A stretch of DNA of 63,978 nucleotides, counting the filler, from Octopus bimaculoides (lineage: Eukaryota): the NCBI RefSeq assembly GCF_001194135.2. It is 5 parts of 5 records of this genome, joined end to end, with 100 filler letters (N's around TTAATTAATTAA, not from the genome) between each part and the next. Parts side by side here need not be neighbours in the genome. Positions count along the whole stretch, not along the records: positions 27,958 to 56,957 come from NC_068981.1; 4 more parts are not named here. One strand, 5' to 3'. Shown piece after piece: positions 38,382 through 52,344 of the stretch. The notes under the pieces are model-generated. The model worked only from the letters and a program-made list of their open reading frames with translations. It did not search any database and had not been told where the DNA came from. A program made the position numbers and the translations under genes. Numbering within the stretch: the stretch's first letter is position 1; every line of letters starts with the position of its first letter.

Positions 38382-39629
38382 TAGAGAGAGAGACTGAAAG
38401 AGAAAGAAAGAAGAAAACATAAGCATAGCCAATATGTTAAAAGAACAAGACATGGAAAAGTATAAACCTGGACACAACTCTCCCCTCATCAGCTGTCATT
38501 TGAAGGTCAAAACAATTTCAACACTTTAGCATCAGGATTGTTCATACAAACACACACCTAATGTTGAAGTTATATGCTCATGTAAGAATTCAACAGCATG
38601 CCTACTGAATGAAGTATGTCATTAGTTATGAAGTAGAGGTAAATCTAGAAATAAGAATCAAAACACCATCCTAGAACAACATACCAGATTGACTCAAGAA
38701 TCCTTTAAGCAAAGATTACTCAATCAAATTGCCTCATTCATAAACACTGTAAAAAGGAATATGAGGTAATTTGCAAGCTATATCTGGCAATTAAAGAAAA
38801 TGGTACAGATTTTGACAGCTGGAAAATCAACAAAAATCTAGATCATACAGGAATGCTAACAAGAGATGCAAGGGCTGCAGAGCAGAGAAAAATGTATAAT
38901 TCAAAGCAACTTGTGGAACTTAAGCTTGTATCTTAATGTCAAGATGGAGATCTTGATATTAAGATACAGGCATATACAAGAGAAAATCCATCCTCAGACA
39001 CTGGATGTTACCACCACAGGTCCCATCTACTCTCATACTCCTAGACCTTTATAGATCTTCTCATTGTGCTGCTATATGTCTCTTCCCACTGTATTTCCTT
39101 AAACCCTCCATTTTTCCAATAAGTTGGTCATCTCACAGATTCCACCTTCTTTATCTCCTGATCTCTTCCCATTCCACATTCCTTTATATGTCTGCATCCT
39201 GCTCCCTCTCTTTTGATCCCTAATTTTTTTAATTGTGTGTATGTAAGAGTGTGTGCGTGTGTTAGCTGGCTGTAATCTGATTTCAAATAATGCCATTGCA
39301 TGATTATTCTCTTAAAATCAGCAGTACAGATGTGGCATTTCATTCTTGCAAGGGATCTACACTCTTTTACACAAATGTGGCAAAGATGGGTGTCTCTTGC
39401 AGCATGTTCAGAGAGCTTACCATACATGTAGTATTGAAGGGAAGTGACTTTATGCCGCGTGTTGTGAGGTTAAAGTATGATAGGACAGGAACAGGTGTCT
39501 TGCTGTGGGTAAGATACATGGTTACTCTAGTTGAGGTAACCACACACACACACATATATATATATATATGTGTACAAGTGTACGCATGCACATATGTAAA
39601 CACACACAAGCATATATATATATCACGAT

Positions 39630-39740
39630 CATCATTTTAATGTCTACTTTTCTATGCTATCAGAATTTACTGAGGTAGATTTTCTGTGGCTGGATTCTCT
39701 TTATGTCCCTACCTTACCTGTTTCCTTAGTGGAAACAAAT
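39630..39740 (-). mobile_element. RTE-tail repeat fragment
   Basis: catcattttaatgtctacttttctatgct. Confidence 0.55.
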
Positions 39741-42700
39741 AGCACCACTTGTTTACAACTACACCTAGACACACATACATCACTTGGGCACTGTAATACT
39801 AATAACCTGGTGTAGAATTCAAAAGGTCTAGCCTTCAGAGTTTCATGAAGTCCCACATGTCATGGGAATACTCAGCTACTTAAAAGTTAATTCAAGAGCA
39901 GGTAGTTAAGTTCACCGAAAAACTGAATCCTCATAGTCGAACGACGGACATCAATTTGTGCCTGTGTGGTATGAACAGGGGAAGAGATGGCTAGTTCATA
40001 TGTTCAGGGCCCGGAAATTCAAGGTGTGGCCCAAAAACAAAGTCTTATATATATCTCTTGAGGTAAGAATCGTAAAATATTAAAATATATTTTATGTGGT
40101 TCAAATATTATCTAACATGGAAATAGCTTACCTCAGTTACGCCCAGGGTTGGGTTGCACATGACTGCCACAATTATGTATACACACACGAGTGAGTGGAC
40201 AAACGAAAGAAAAAAGCACTCAACACGTTATATAGGAGTTAGATGTATTATTTAAAACAGTTTGATTTGGCTTGAAACTTTAAGTCGCATGAAGCTGAAT
40301 CAAACTGTTTAAATAATGTGTGTGTGTGTATGTGTGTATTCCATGTAGAGTATATCATCAACATTTCACTGTAGAGTGAAGTGTGGTTTTAAATATTCAG
40401 TTAAAATTTAGATGGTTAATGCCTTAGAAAAAGGATGTCAAATTGATGTTTCTCATCTGCAGCCAATATAGAGAATTATATTATTTCTTATATTTAGGTT
40501 TTCTATCTCCCATAGGATTAAATAATAAGCATTCTTGTCGTTATTATTCTTATTAGAGAATATGTTTCCAACAAATAGAAATAAGTGAATAAGCAGGACA
40601 TTTAATTTTCCATATTCCAGTTGCCTTCCATTCTGATAACAATATTATGTTGTTTTTGATCTTTAGAAATTCCTTGGTGGGAAAAAGTGAAACATTTGAA
40701 TATGTTTGGTAACAATCATTAATTCCATCACAGCTCTAACCTTTGGGCATTGAAACGTTCATTTGAGGAATTTACTGCATTATCAGAAATATTTGCATTA
40801 AAGCTTTGTCTTTTACAATAGATTAAAGAAGACACACTTTCGTTGTTCTGAATAGAATTTGGTATCTGCCAGAGCATGGCAAAATATTGAGAGCCTTAAT
40901 CCATTTACGAATAACTCCACCTACAATTATCGCAACATTCTTTCTTTAGATGACTGCTTGAGCTTCAACAAAAAGAATCATAATTATGGCAATACCAGAC
41001 TGCTCTCAGGACAACATCACATCCTTTCAACAGGGAAGCATAAAATTGATCTTCGCTATGCTGGCTTTTATGTAGTCATGTTACACCCTACTAACTCTCC
41101 GAACTGACACTAAATCCTGGTACTGTAATTCTCCTTGAGTAGCGAGTGTTGGTTTGTAGGACTGGAATACTTTGTTTTGTTTTTTGTTTACATACTGAAT
41201 AATAATAATAACATGGTGAGAAAACTAATGTCTATGAAAATGACCCTATTCCACGAAAATAAGTTGTGAACACAAGTCTGAAAAGTTTGACACTAACCGA
41301 ATGTTTTACACTGCTATCGTCCAATAACGGTCCTAGTCCATAGTAAAGAGGGGTATTTAACTCGCATGCAAGTAGTTAAACTACATGAACGAATAAAAAA
41401 GGAAAATCAATATATCGTTAATTCTCAGTTTATATTGTATCTGACTAAAAGAGCCAAAAATAATTTTGCGAGAAACTCTTTTTCAACAGCAAACAGAATA
41501 TATATATATATATATATATATACATTTACTAACAAACAACCATTTTCAGAGTGTCTAACGTCAATTTTTCTTTTCATATATCTTGCTTTTTATTTCTCTT
41601 TTATTAGTGTTACTTATATAGGCACGTACCTGATCGAAGAGGGCTTGTCTTTCTAAAACATAGAAGCCATTTGATGTTTTAAAAAATCCTTAACTTGCGC
41701 AGTTGCTCTCTAAGTGAAGCATGTGACTGTCATTGTGTAAGCAGGCGACACACAAGTTATTGAGGTTCACCTGTCCGTTTGGATGCGGAAATAATCAGTT
41801 AGCTATGTCACAGTACGTTTACTACTACCTGTTCAGCGTATTGTAATCCCCGACTAAGCTACTAGAAATAACAAATGTAAACACCTCGGGCTAAATAACT
41901 GACTGACTGCTTCGGAATAGCTTTAACGCTCTCAACATTAGGCTGCCAGCAAGAATATCACTTGGAAGTTCGTAGGAAAGGATAAATAAATGCAAATATT
42001 CCTTTATCTACTTATCCGAGTCCTTTAATAATAATTTTTTGTGACATATTTTTATTATGATTAACTTGAAAAAAAAGTTTATTTTAATTCGGACTGAAAA
42101 TATGTTCCACTGGGTCATGATAAAAATAAAGAAACTAAATAGTACTTTCAAAAGAAGGGGTAAGGACAGTGAAGGCTGTGTCCTACTTGGTCAACGAACA
42201 TCCGGAGAACATGCATGTATGTATGCATACATACATAGACAGACAGAAAGAGAGGAAAGGAGGGTACCTTGCGTTGTATATTAAATTTATAACAAACAGC
42301 TTTCTGTTGTATAATACTCACCTGTTTCATAAAAAAACATAATAAACAATTATTTCGATTGATATTTTTAACTATTTCTGTTTCTATGTCGAGGAAATAA
42401 CGAGAGGAAATTCAATTGTCCCAATGACAATATGAAAGTGGAAGTATTAAACAAAGGCTTCTTTTTTTTTCTTTTCTTTTTGTTTGTGCGGCATCCACAT
42501 ATTCATTCTCCTGTAATCTTGTCTAGAGTAGTCACTTAGTTGCTCATCTCACTTTATACCTTTAAAGTTAACTTTTATTTCCAACAATTATATTCTTCCT
42601 TGTTCTTTTTTCACAATCCTAATTCCATTTCTGATACGAGTATCGCACAAGTTTACCATTAGAAATTGGGAATATTTCTTAGTCGCAAACAATAACAAAA

Positions 42701-43759
42701 TTCCACCAACTTAGACCAAACGGCTTTTTACATGCTCGCTTGACCTGCCATACTCTTCCTTTTTATATAGGACAGGACACAGATTCTATCGTCCTACATA
42801 CCTTTAAAATGAGACGGAACAGTCACGGCTGGAATATTTTAGATAACTGGTCTGATCGATTAGGATTGACAGTGGTGGTGGGGGAGAGCAACAATTATGA
42901 ACATACTTTTAGTCAATTATCCAGTAAATAAATGAGACCATCTAGGGAATAGATTGAGTGTGTGTATTATCCCCCACGAATAATCAAGGTAGATTAAAAT
43001 CTTCAGTCATGCTTAAGTAATCTAGGCAAGACTTCCTTTTCTACCCCCACCCCAAAACCCCACTTTATTTATTTTAAGTCTTTCCGCAATCTAATATGTT
43101 TACTTACTTCAAATGCCATTAGACCTGTGATTGCACCAAGTACATAATATCAAGTTCTTAGTCATGTATCAATCAATAATATCGAGTCCCTACCTACAAA
43201 ATAAATATTTAGATTATGAGGCTTCAAGTCGGTCATTCGCACCTTCGGATTTCCTCAAAACATACTCTTCCTGGTACATCTTTTCTTTTTCTCAAACATC
43301 ATGGGAACTAAATTTTCTCCATTCAAGGACTCTAATCTTGGAATCTTCCATTACTGCTTTAGGTAGAAAATCTAGCTTTAGTATCAAGCCTAAGTATCCA
43401 AAATATTGGATCGATTCATTCAGTCGTACCTGTCTTTTATTGGCTTTATACTCCGCCAGGATTACTTATTTTGAAAATATAGCGAACACAGCAAAACACA
43501 CGTTCTCGGCGAGCAAAAACCGGTTGAAGTCAATTCCTTTTTCTCACGATGCTTATGTTCTTGAGAAAATTGAAAATGTTGCAGCTTCTCATGGCTTTAC
43601 AAAAAGAAAGAATTCATATATAAAGAGTCCAAGAAAGTATTAAAATGAACATACCTCTTTCATAACTATATTTATAAAGACATTTCTATTCAAATGAATT
43701 CATTGTTTTCGCAATATATTAATACATACTCGAAACCTTACATTAACCACCTACATGCC

Positions 43760-44192
43760 CAGTGGCGGATTGGGTCTCAAAATACTGGTTGCCAGGAGAC
43801 TAAGGGGGCCCACCCGCAACTGCAATGCTATGATTTAATTTTTCTTTTTGTTAACAGCATTCTTTTCAACTGTCTACAAACACAGCCAGGCTGAAATAAT
43901 GGTAATTTTTCAGATTAACACCCGCACGATTTCCACTAGGGTGTTAGGGTCAGGGTTAGGGTTAGTGTTAGAGATAGGATTAGGATTAGGTTTAGGGTTA
44001 GGCAATCGTGCGGGTGTTAATCTGAAAAATTACCGAAATAATTAATGCATTCTTCCAGGAGTGAATTAAAAAATCTCAAACTTGAGAGGATGGGCCCCTT
44101 AGATACTAACATGGGTCCCCATATATGGATTCTAATGGCGTAGGAACCCAGTTGCCAACGGGTAGGCTGGCAACCTGGCCAGTCCACCACTG
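43760..44192. mobile_element. hAT-like MITE
   Basis: TIR CAGTGGCGGATTGG / CCAGTCCACCACTG and subterminal inverted motifs ggttgccag/ctggcaacc and ggggccc/gggcccc. No TSD match seen. Confidence 0.6.
43901..44034. mobile_element. 134-bp Merlin-like MITE with telomere-like core, nested in the hAT-like MITE
   Basis: Perfect 31-bp TIRs (43901-43931, 44004-44034) starting GG, and exact 8-bp TSD GAAATAAT (43893-43900, 44035-44042). Confidence 0.9.
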
Positions 44193-44849
44193 TAAAACTA
44201 AAAACAGTGCCAACTAAATTCAATGACACCAAAGAACATCAAATACAATCAATCATTACACACAATAAAACAAGCAAATCACATTACAGAAGGTAAAAAT
44301 ACTCTATTAGGAATTACTTGCACCACTTCTACACAGGAACACACCTCTACTGAGGGTAAATCAATAGATGACGCCCATAAAACCAGTAATAACTTGTTAT
44401 TTAGAATAATAACAAATATATCCATACGAAGACTATTTTATGATTAAAAGAAAAGTAGTTATATATAAAACATACACACAACACAATTATTAATGCACAC
44501 AAAAACTTATCTTCACTTTTCATTCATTACAAAATACCTCAAGAAATAAAGAAGTTAATGTAACAGTTTTTTAGTGTTAAATGACTAAGAGGGCTCGCCC
44601 ACTGCGTAATTGCTTCTCTTTTCACTCATGGTCTCAGATCGAGTGACTTGTCAAACAATTACAACCCCGAAATTATTAGCACAAATAAAACAATACAAAA
44701 ATGTGAACATTTATTGAAATGAAATCATTCAAATTATATATTCATCTTACAAAGAAATGCCTTGATTCCACCCTTTTGCATGAATAATATTGAACATAGT
44801 TTTAAACTATACATATATATTTTTCACGTTCGACAATGCAAACATATTG

Positions 44850-46100
44850 ATAATATCAACATTTGTATTTTCCAACATTAAAGCTGAAAGATCTTTTAAG
44901 TTCATTGATGATCTCAAATGTAATGATGAATTTCAACTTGATAAAAGATCGCTCACAGCTGATAATAGAAATTGCAATAGTGTGCATTTTCTGAATAGCT
45001 ATTCTTGAATATGGGAAAAAAAAAAAAATTCAATTTCCATACTGAACAAAAAAAGCTCAAATCTATCTGCATCAGTGTTACAAAATTGTTGAAGCAACTT
45101 CCCTCAATCAAACAGTAATCCTCTCGCGTTTAACAGAAATCCAAATTTTAGATAAAAGTCATGGGGACGGACATTCCATTTATGGAGACCATTAATAGTT
45201 TAATAGTCTATTTCGATTTTCTTATAATTTCTTCTGTTAACCTTTGGCTTCTTCACTAGGCATTTGTTTTCTTTCTTTCTGGGTATCTTTCTCTTTCAGT
45301 ATTCTAACCATCCAAAATCAAGAAATGAAAGGTTAGAATTTATTCATCAGCTTTGCATCGCCTCTTGTTGCTTTGCAAAAGTTCTATGAAATCTATTATT
45401 CATGAACTGGGTTATAATCTGTTCTGGATTTCCATTGAGTATCAGTTTCACTTTTAACACCTTTGGTATCATCTTTCAGCCTTTAATAACGGAGAGTTGA
45501 GCAGGAAAAAAGAATGAAAAAACGGGTGAATTGCACCGAAAAATATTACCATCAACACATTGTCGTTAACAGCACGCACTCCAACCAAATTGAGAGAATC
45601 ATTAACGCGGTTAACAAAAAATAGCTCGTAATTTTTTTTTAATCCTCTTTTGAACACCTCTTTTCTAACCAGTCCCTAACTGCAACATAGTTATTGCATT
45701 GAGAACAGTTTTCTAATGACATTTCGTCTTATATAAATTGTCCCCAAATTACTTTCCACTATGCTTTGATCATAATTTCGTTTTAGTTCGAGAAGTCTAA
45801 GAAAAGAGTATTTTATAAAAATTGTTTCTGCCATTTGCTCTCGACGTGCTTAATCTGAAGTAGAATCAAACAAAAGGCCAAAATAGGTGGTTTTAAGAAT
45901 GCTCTAAAGCAATTTCTGGTGTACTGTAAAATACATTAATTCTGCACTAATGGAAATAAATATATTTTACCAGGTTTCTTTTCCACGCTGCTGTTATGCT
46001 ATGTCCTGGTCGGAAATAGCATTACAACAATTTTAATAATAAAAAAAAATTGTTCTCTTCTTCTTGAGCATGCAATGTAAGGTTTTGAGTTACTGAAAAA
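44850..46100 (-). pseudogene. hAT (Tip100/ZMYM1-like) transposase relic
   Basis: Minus-strand ISIISCERSFIKLKFI..LRSSM (hAT dimerisation motif) near 44900-44980 and LFDSTSD-like catalytic region near 45860. Confidence 0.7.
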
Positions 46101-47335
46101 ATTGTGCAATGGAGGATTGTGTTGAGAACGTTTCATCATTTTTGTTACTCTGGTGCAATTTGAGCTTGAAATTCTATGTTAATGATTGCTAGATTTTTTT
46201 AAAGTTTTCTTACCATTGGATGAAGCAGTCGCAATTTTTTTTTCTGCTTTACATGGGTGCTAGGCCTTTCTAGTGCTTTCCGGTGATCGAATGTATTTTC
46301 TTCTTCCAATGAAGACTGATTGGTATTTCATGAAAATAGCAAACAACAAAAGAAAAACGAAGGCTTCTATTTTTTAGAGAATAAACAAGCCATGAGCGCC
46401 AAAGTTCTCCACACCTATTTCTAAACTAACTATCATTCATTGATCGGGTTTGTTTGGGAATAAATGGTCCTTTACTATTTTGAAAATACTTGGAACCCAG
46501 TGTAAACGTTTCTGACCGCAGGGCATCTGATAAAATTACATTTTTTGATGTTTTATTAAACTCTCCAAAACATTGTGATACTGAATCATACCTAGTATAT
46601 GCCGTGTGTTGTATCGTATTATACGTGTGTGTGTGTGTGACTATCTTTGTGCATATATAGATACATATGTGCAAACAGATATACATATAGAGGTAGAGCT
46701 GTCTAGTATGCACGTAAACAATGACCTTCACTAAAAAAAAAAGTTAAAAAATGACGTAGAAACATGCCGGTCTCCATGAATATGAATAAAAATTCTAAGT
46801 TGTGTTGTTTTGTCTGTAAAATACGCCACAGAACGTTAATTAATTCAGTTAATTGCTCTGAGAAGTCAGCTATATAATATGGTGAATTATTTGTAAACGG
46901 TGAATGTAGCGCGTTGTTTCTATGTGATCCTTTCTGTCTTGTGCAAGAGGCCATTGTTTACGCACATACTCGACTTTACAACACACACACACACTTCTTT
47001 TACAAGAATAGAGTTGATAATGACTTCGAAGTCTTGGATGTCCGATGGCTAAGAGAGACAGAGGAAGGAAGAGAGCAATGTATACATACGAAGTATATGG
47101 CTAATTACTGCAGTATATGTCCTAAGATAACATCTCATAGACATGCTGTGTTAAAAATACAATAAATGGAGATACAGGAAAGGTTGTCCTAGCAGCTGCT
47201 AACGAGATAGCCTTTTTTCAATGACGCATACTTGCAACCAGCATCGGACGAGAATTTGATGTCTCTGATTTAGTGAAAAATGATTTTAAAAGTTGCTGAT
47301 GTCGCGAAGAGCTGTCTGAGTGATAAAACATCCCA

Positions 47336-47801
47336 TATACGCAATGGTATGATTAAGATAGTCATCTATGTATCATATTTAATGTATAAACACTGTCGAT
47401 AAGCCAGTTATTGAGAAATTTATCTTATGGATGCGATCAGTTAAAAACAATAGATATCGGAGGGAGAAGAAAATTCGTCCCAGCAGCCAGCGAGAACACC
47501 AGATGCATTTCAGCCTTTTCATCTTTTTACCATTTCTTGCTTTTACCTATATCAGAGGCAACGGATTCTCGTCCGAGTTTGTAACTGGCTGCGAGTAAAC
47601 GCCATTGAAAAAGGCCAAGACGTACCTGGCGTCCTCGCTGGCTGCTGGGACGAACTTTGCTCTCCTGGTGATATTTATTGTTTTTTAACAGAATGTTATC
47701 TCGAGACACATACCGCAGTAACTGGCCTATCGACAGTGCATATACATTAATCATGATACATAGATAGTTATTTTAATTTAATACTGCCTCATTTCCGTAT
47801 A
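47336..47801. mobile_element. Foldback MITE with about 165-bp imperfect inverted arms
   Basis: Arms at 47336-47501 and 47626-47801 share a perfect 21-mer ttcgtcccagcagccagcgag. Termini are TATACG...CGTATA (TA-type). Confidence 0.8.
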
Positions 47802-47829
47802 CCAAATGTGTGTGTGTATGTACTTTAAT

Positions 47830-48160
47830 ATATGTATATTACATACACACACACATAATCCTTTCTACTATAGGCACAAGGCCTGGAATTTGTGGGGAGG
47901 GGAAGAGTCGATCACCTCGATCTCAGTACTTGACTGGTACTTAATTTACCGACCCCGCAAAAGGATGAAAGGCAAAGTCGACCTCGGCGAATTTGAACTC
48001 AGAATGGAAAGACGGACGAAATGCCGCAAAGCATTTTGTCCGGCGTTCTAACGATTCTGCCAGCTCGAATAATCCTTTCTACTTAAAGCACAAGGGCTGA
48101 ATTTTTTTTTTTGGGTGGGGGGCTAGTCGATTACACCGACCCCAGTATTCAACTGGTCGC
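47830..48160 (-). mobile_element. Nin-domain SINE plus an adjacent partial copy
   Basis: ggatgaaaggcaaagtcgacctcggc ... ctgccagctcg. A second tail begins at about 48068. Confidence 0.8.
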
Positions 48161-48321
48161 TGCTGGCATGTGTATGTTTTCAATTATATGTGCGCTGACA
48201 GCAGCAACAGAGCCCTTTAGCTCTTATTTCTAGCAGTGTAAGTGTTCTAACACCCTCAGTCATATTTAATGACATTTATTGTTTTCTTTTTTGGTGAAAC
48301 TCTGCTAACTAGCTGCCTCAT

Positions 48322-48353
<32 letters not shown>

Positions 48354-51300
48354 GGTATTTACGTAGAGCATAACGTGCACTATACTTTTTGTATATGCCT
48401 AAGTCCCTTGGCAACTGGTTCGACAATTGTCGTGCCTATGAGGCCTATTGAGGCAGAAACCCTTAATGCCAGCAGTCCTCTTATCTCTAGGCAATAAGTG
48501 TCCTTTTCCTTAATGGCATGTCAATTTCAGTCATCATTCTAGTGATTATCTCTCCTTCTCATATAGAGCGGGTCTTTATTGCCATTTGGTAATTGTGACG
48601 GAGATAATTTTAATAAATCAAGGATGTATATTGCATGGTATAGCTATTTCTCTCTTCCACACTCACACACATATGACCGATTCGCATACACGCAGTTACT
48701 GTACTTTGGTTCAGTTGCTAATACAACTTCGATTTTGGTGCACTCTTTTTTTTTTTTTTGTTACTCGGTCATGTTATATTAGATTTTGATGCAGAATATT
48801 TTCTTTGTTAGCTTAACCAGCTGCACGAGCGTAACAGAGTACCGACAAAAAAGTACAAGACTTTGTTTTTCTTATTGGCTATTTTCAACCAGTCAAATCG
48901 TTTACTTGTGGAACGTTCGCCTTATTCAGAAAAAACATTTTTTCCAATGTAACCTGCATTTTCCTGAAAATTCGTCTGATTCGGAAGGAATGCATCAAAA
49001 TTCTAGGTATCGTGAAATTTCAAACTCTTAAAACTGAAACACTCATTCTCTTACGCACATACCGAAAAGAAAATACTCTATGTATGATATTGCTAAATTG
49101 AACCATGCAGAACTATGCAAAGTGCTCGAAAACTAGCTTCGGTTTCAGAATACAACAAGCATTTTGTCATTAATGCATTAGAATTGACAGATAGGTTGAA
49201 AGCCAGTGCAGGTAAAATTGCAACAAAGAATTCTTCTAAGGATGCTATTGAATATTTCCAGTTATACTCTGTACCTAGTATTTAAATATTCAAAGTTACT
49301 GTCGCAATCGGCATGAGGATTTTTCTGGATTTAATCTTACGTACGACCAACAATGAGAGCAGATCAAATCCGTAAGTTTGTCATAATTTTACTAAATTTA
49401 AATTAATGTATGGAACTGTTTGATGCAGCGAAGGGAAAACAAATAATTTTTGGCGACCTTTATTTTGTAATGACTGCTATTTGCTACTTCTTAGAATCGT
49501 AATTTATAGAACATATTAACGGCTCCAGTGCCAATGAATTTGATAATGAAGCCAAGTCAGATCACGAAGAGAGAGAATGGAGGATGATGAAAGTTTATTG
49601 TATCACAATGTTATATTGCTGTGCTCTTGCATTCTAGTGAGTTATCTAATACGAGGATGAGTCAGAAAGTAACGCAGTTTTTATAAAGATTGTGCTACTT
49701 TCTGTCACATTAATGCAAATCATGCTTGGTATAGCATGCAGATAGTTATACATGAATGGGTAGATCAATAGGTGCAGATAGATAAGCTTGTTTGTAGACA
49801 GAATGGGGGACAAACAGATGAACCTTACAGAATGCAATCGGATGCATAAATCTAGTCTCTCCTGGAGCACATGTAATCCCTACATCGGGATACACAGTTT
49901 ACTTTTCAATCAATTAACTATTACACAGCGGAGTGGGTGGAAATTTTGAGCGTTATTTCTGTTGAGTTTGATTTTTCACTTGATTTAAGCTAAAATTGGC
50001 ACGCTGATTTCCAAACTACAGTTAGTTTTCTTCTATCACGTCAAGTTTTTTTTTCTACAGCTTATTGTCTTAATTGTCCGTAAGTAATAGGGCTGATCAG
50101 CTGCTTTTATTATTTTATTGATAATACTGGGGAACATTTTTGTCTTGCTTTTTACAATTAGTCTTACCTAATTTGATGGTATTCAGGAATTCTATCACGT
50201 CAAGCTTTTCATTAAACTGGAATTCACTTTCTACCAAAAATTATCAATTTTGCCATTAAAGGCAATACTGAAATAAACTAACACAAACCAAATAGTACTT
50301 TTATTGTTTAACAAATATATTATACAAAATGTTTAAAGCCCATAAAGCGCTGGGATTTGCACTCACATAGCACGTACTGGTGAGCACGTTTTATGAAAAT
50401 GAGACTACTATGCGCACATAAAAATAGTTAAAATATCTTAGTATATGATGGTGGTAAGTTTTACATCATCTGAAAAGTCATTAGTTAAACTTTCTTTTGA
50501 CAGACATTTCAAGGTCATGTGTTGCAATTTGATACCCGACTACTGCAACAAAAGAGGGCGCTGTTGTTGACTGCCATGGCTGTAGAGAGTGCTTTTCTTG
50601 TGATAACTTTGTGGTGGTATTATCGTTTCTCTTCATTTCTTTAGGTGATATTAGACATAGTATGAGGATTATGTCCTAAAAAGTTAAAGTTCAGACCTTC
50701 CATACTTTTTTTTATACAAATATTTTGTGTTGTGAATGTCACACTTCTCATTGACAATTTTTTCTTGCTCAGTGAGAAAGTAAAAGACATACTTTATCTT
50801 CCTCCCTGGATCCCCTGGATTATTGTCATTGTAGCGGCACAAGCAGGCAGCGTCATATTGGGTGAGATCTCACGGCAGCCATTGCCATCTCCGAGACTGG
50901 AGCGAGACCTCACCTGCATCCATTTGCCATGCGCGAGCTCACAGCGAGGCTCGCGATGGCAAACTATATAAAACGAAGAAACCACGAGGTTCGATCTCTT
51001 TTTCACTGCGATCACTTTCAGAGTACATTTCACTGGCTGAGCCTCTAGGCTAATCCGCTTATCTCTCTCCTGTGACAATGGGCCTGCGTAACGGAGAACG
51101 ATGGATTCATACTGCATGAGATAGCTGCTGAGAGCAACGTACCACACCTTTGTATATGTTGTAAGTAAAACTAATGGAGAACCTGCGTTTTGCCTAATGC
51201 TTCTTTACTTGACTGCTGGAGCCTTAAGCAACACGAAGAATAAGAAATTAATGGGAGAAAGGCGATATTCAACCTATATCTTGAACCTTACCTCACATTA

Positions 51301-52344
51301 TAAATGGTAACCCCGACGTGATTCCAACACGCAGCCTGACATTTGCACGGACATTTACAAAATGGTCACCCAGTGCCAGCTTCATGACCAACTCCTCTTT
51401 CTTCTAATCGCTACAGATGTGTCATCCTTTATTGTCTATTTAGTCTTCCACAAAATGAATTGGGGGGGGGGGCTATCTGTAGCGTACGTCTTAAGGGATA
51501 CGCCTTTCTCTCTCTCTCTCTGTTATATATACATGAATATGGACGTAGTGGATAACAGCTAGCCTTCGGCTGTACCTTTGGACCCTGTTGTGTCCAACCA
51601 GTCACAGCCTTTAGATAAGGTCGCATGAAACATTCTTTACCAAAACCCAGTTTGAGCTTTTCACCATCCCATGTGTCAGTCTTGGCTCTAGACCTTCTGA
51701 GGTCTAGCCACTGACCACAGGCCAGTTCCAGCGACGTCATAACAGTGACCACATGGAGACTCTTTGACACTTTGTCCAGCAGCTTACGGCAAATTCCATC
51801 TTTGTCGCCACCATCATTTTCTTCACTACACCAACTACTCTACGTACACACCACCAGTGACACTCGCACAGGTTCTATCTCCACACTGTTTGTGAATTGC
51901 TTCACCATAGTTAACAGCAAATACAGCCAGAGGCAACCTTCTGTAACAAGTAACTGGCAGCAGCATTGAAGCCACGGCCTCTCACAACATGTGCCTTTCC
52001 CCGGCTCTGCTACGCGGCCTCAACTTCTTGCTACAGCACCTCAACCACTGTGTACCTTGAATACGAACTGGTATTTTATCATCCTTGTGTCTCGACATTC
52101 TTCTAACTTCATTATAGACTCTTTTCTATGCTCTGTATTTCTCGTACACACATACATCCATGTTTGTATACACATACACTTTGTTTACATGATGGCCTGT
52201 CTATTATTGTTTATTTTGTCGCACTCACACACACAGACATACATGTTGATATATCAATAAAATCTTCTCTTAAACCTTCTACCGGTTGTCTCTCTCTTTT
52301 CCTTCTGGCACTTATACTCATTTATCCTCTTTTCATATATTTAT

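Noticed and set aside
41625-41670. HHR-like CTGATCGA-AGAGGG/CTTTCT-AAAAC
   Set aside because: Core has an insertion, GAAA is absent, and stem I is unconvincing.
51560-52060. GC-richer stretch that looks coding
   Set aside because: All frames are interrupted and I recognise no motif.
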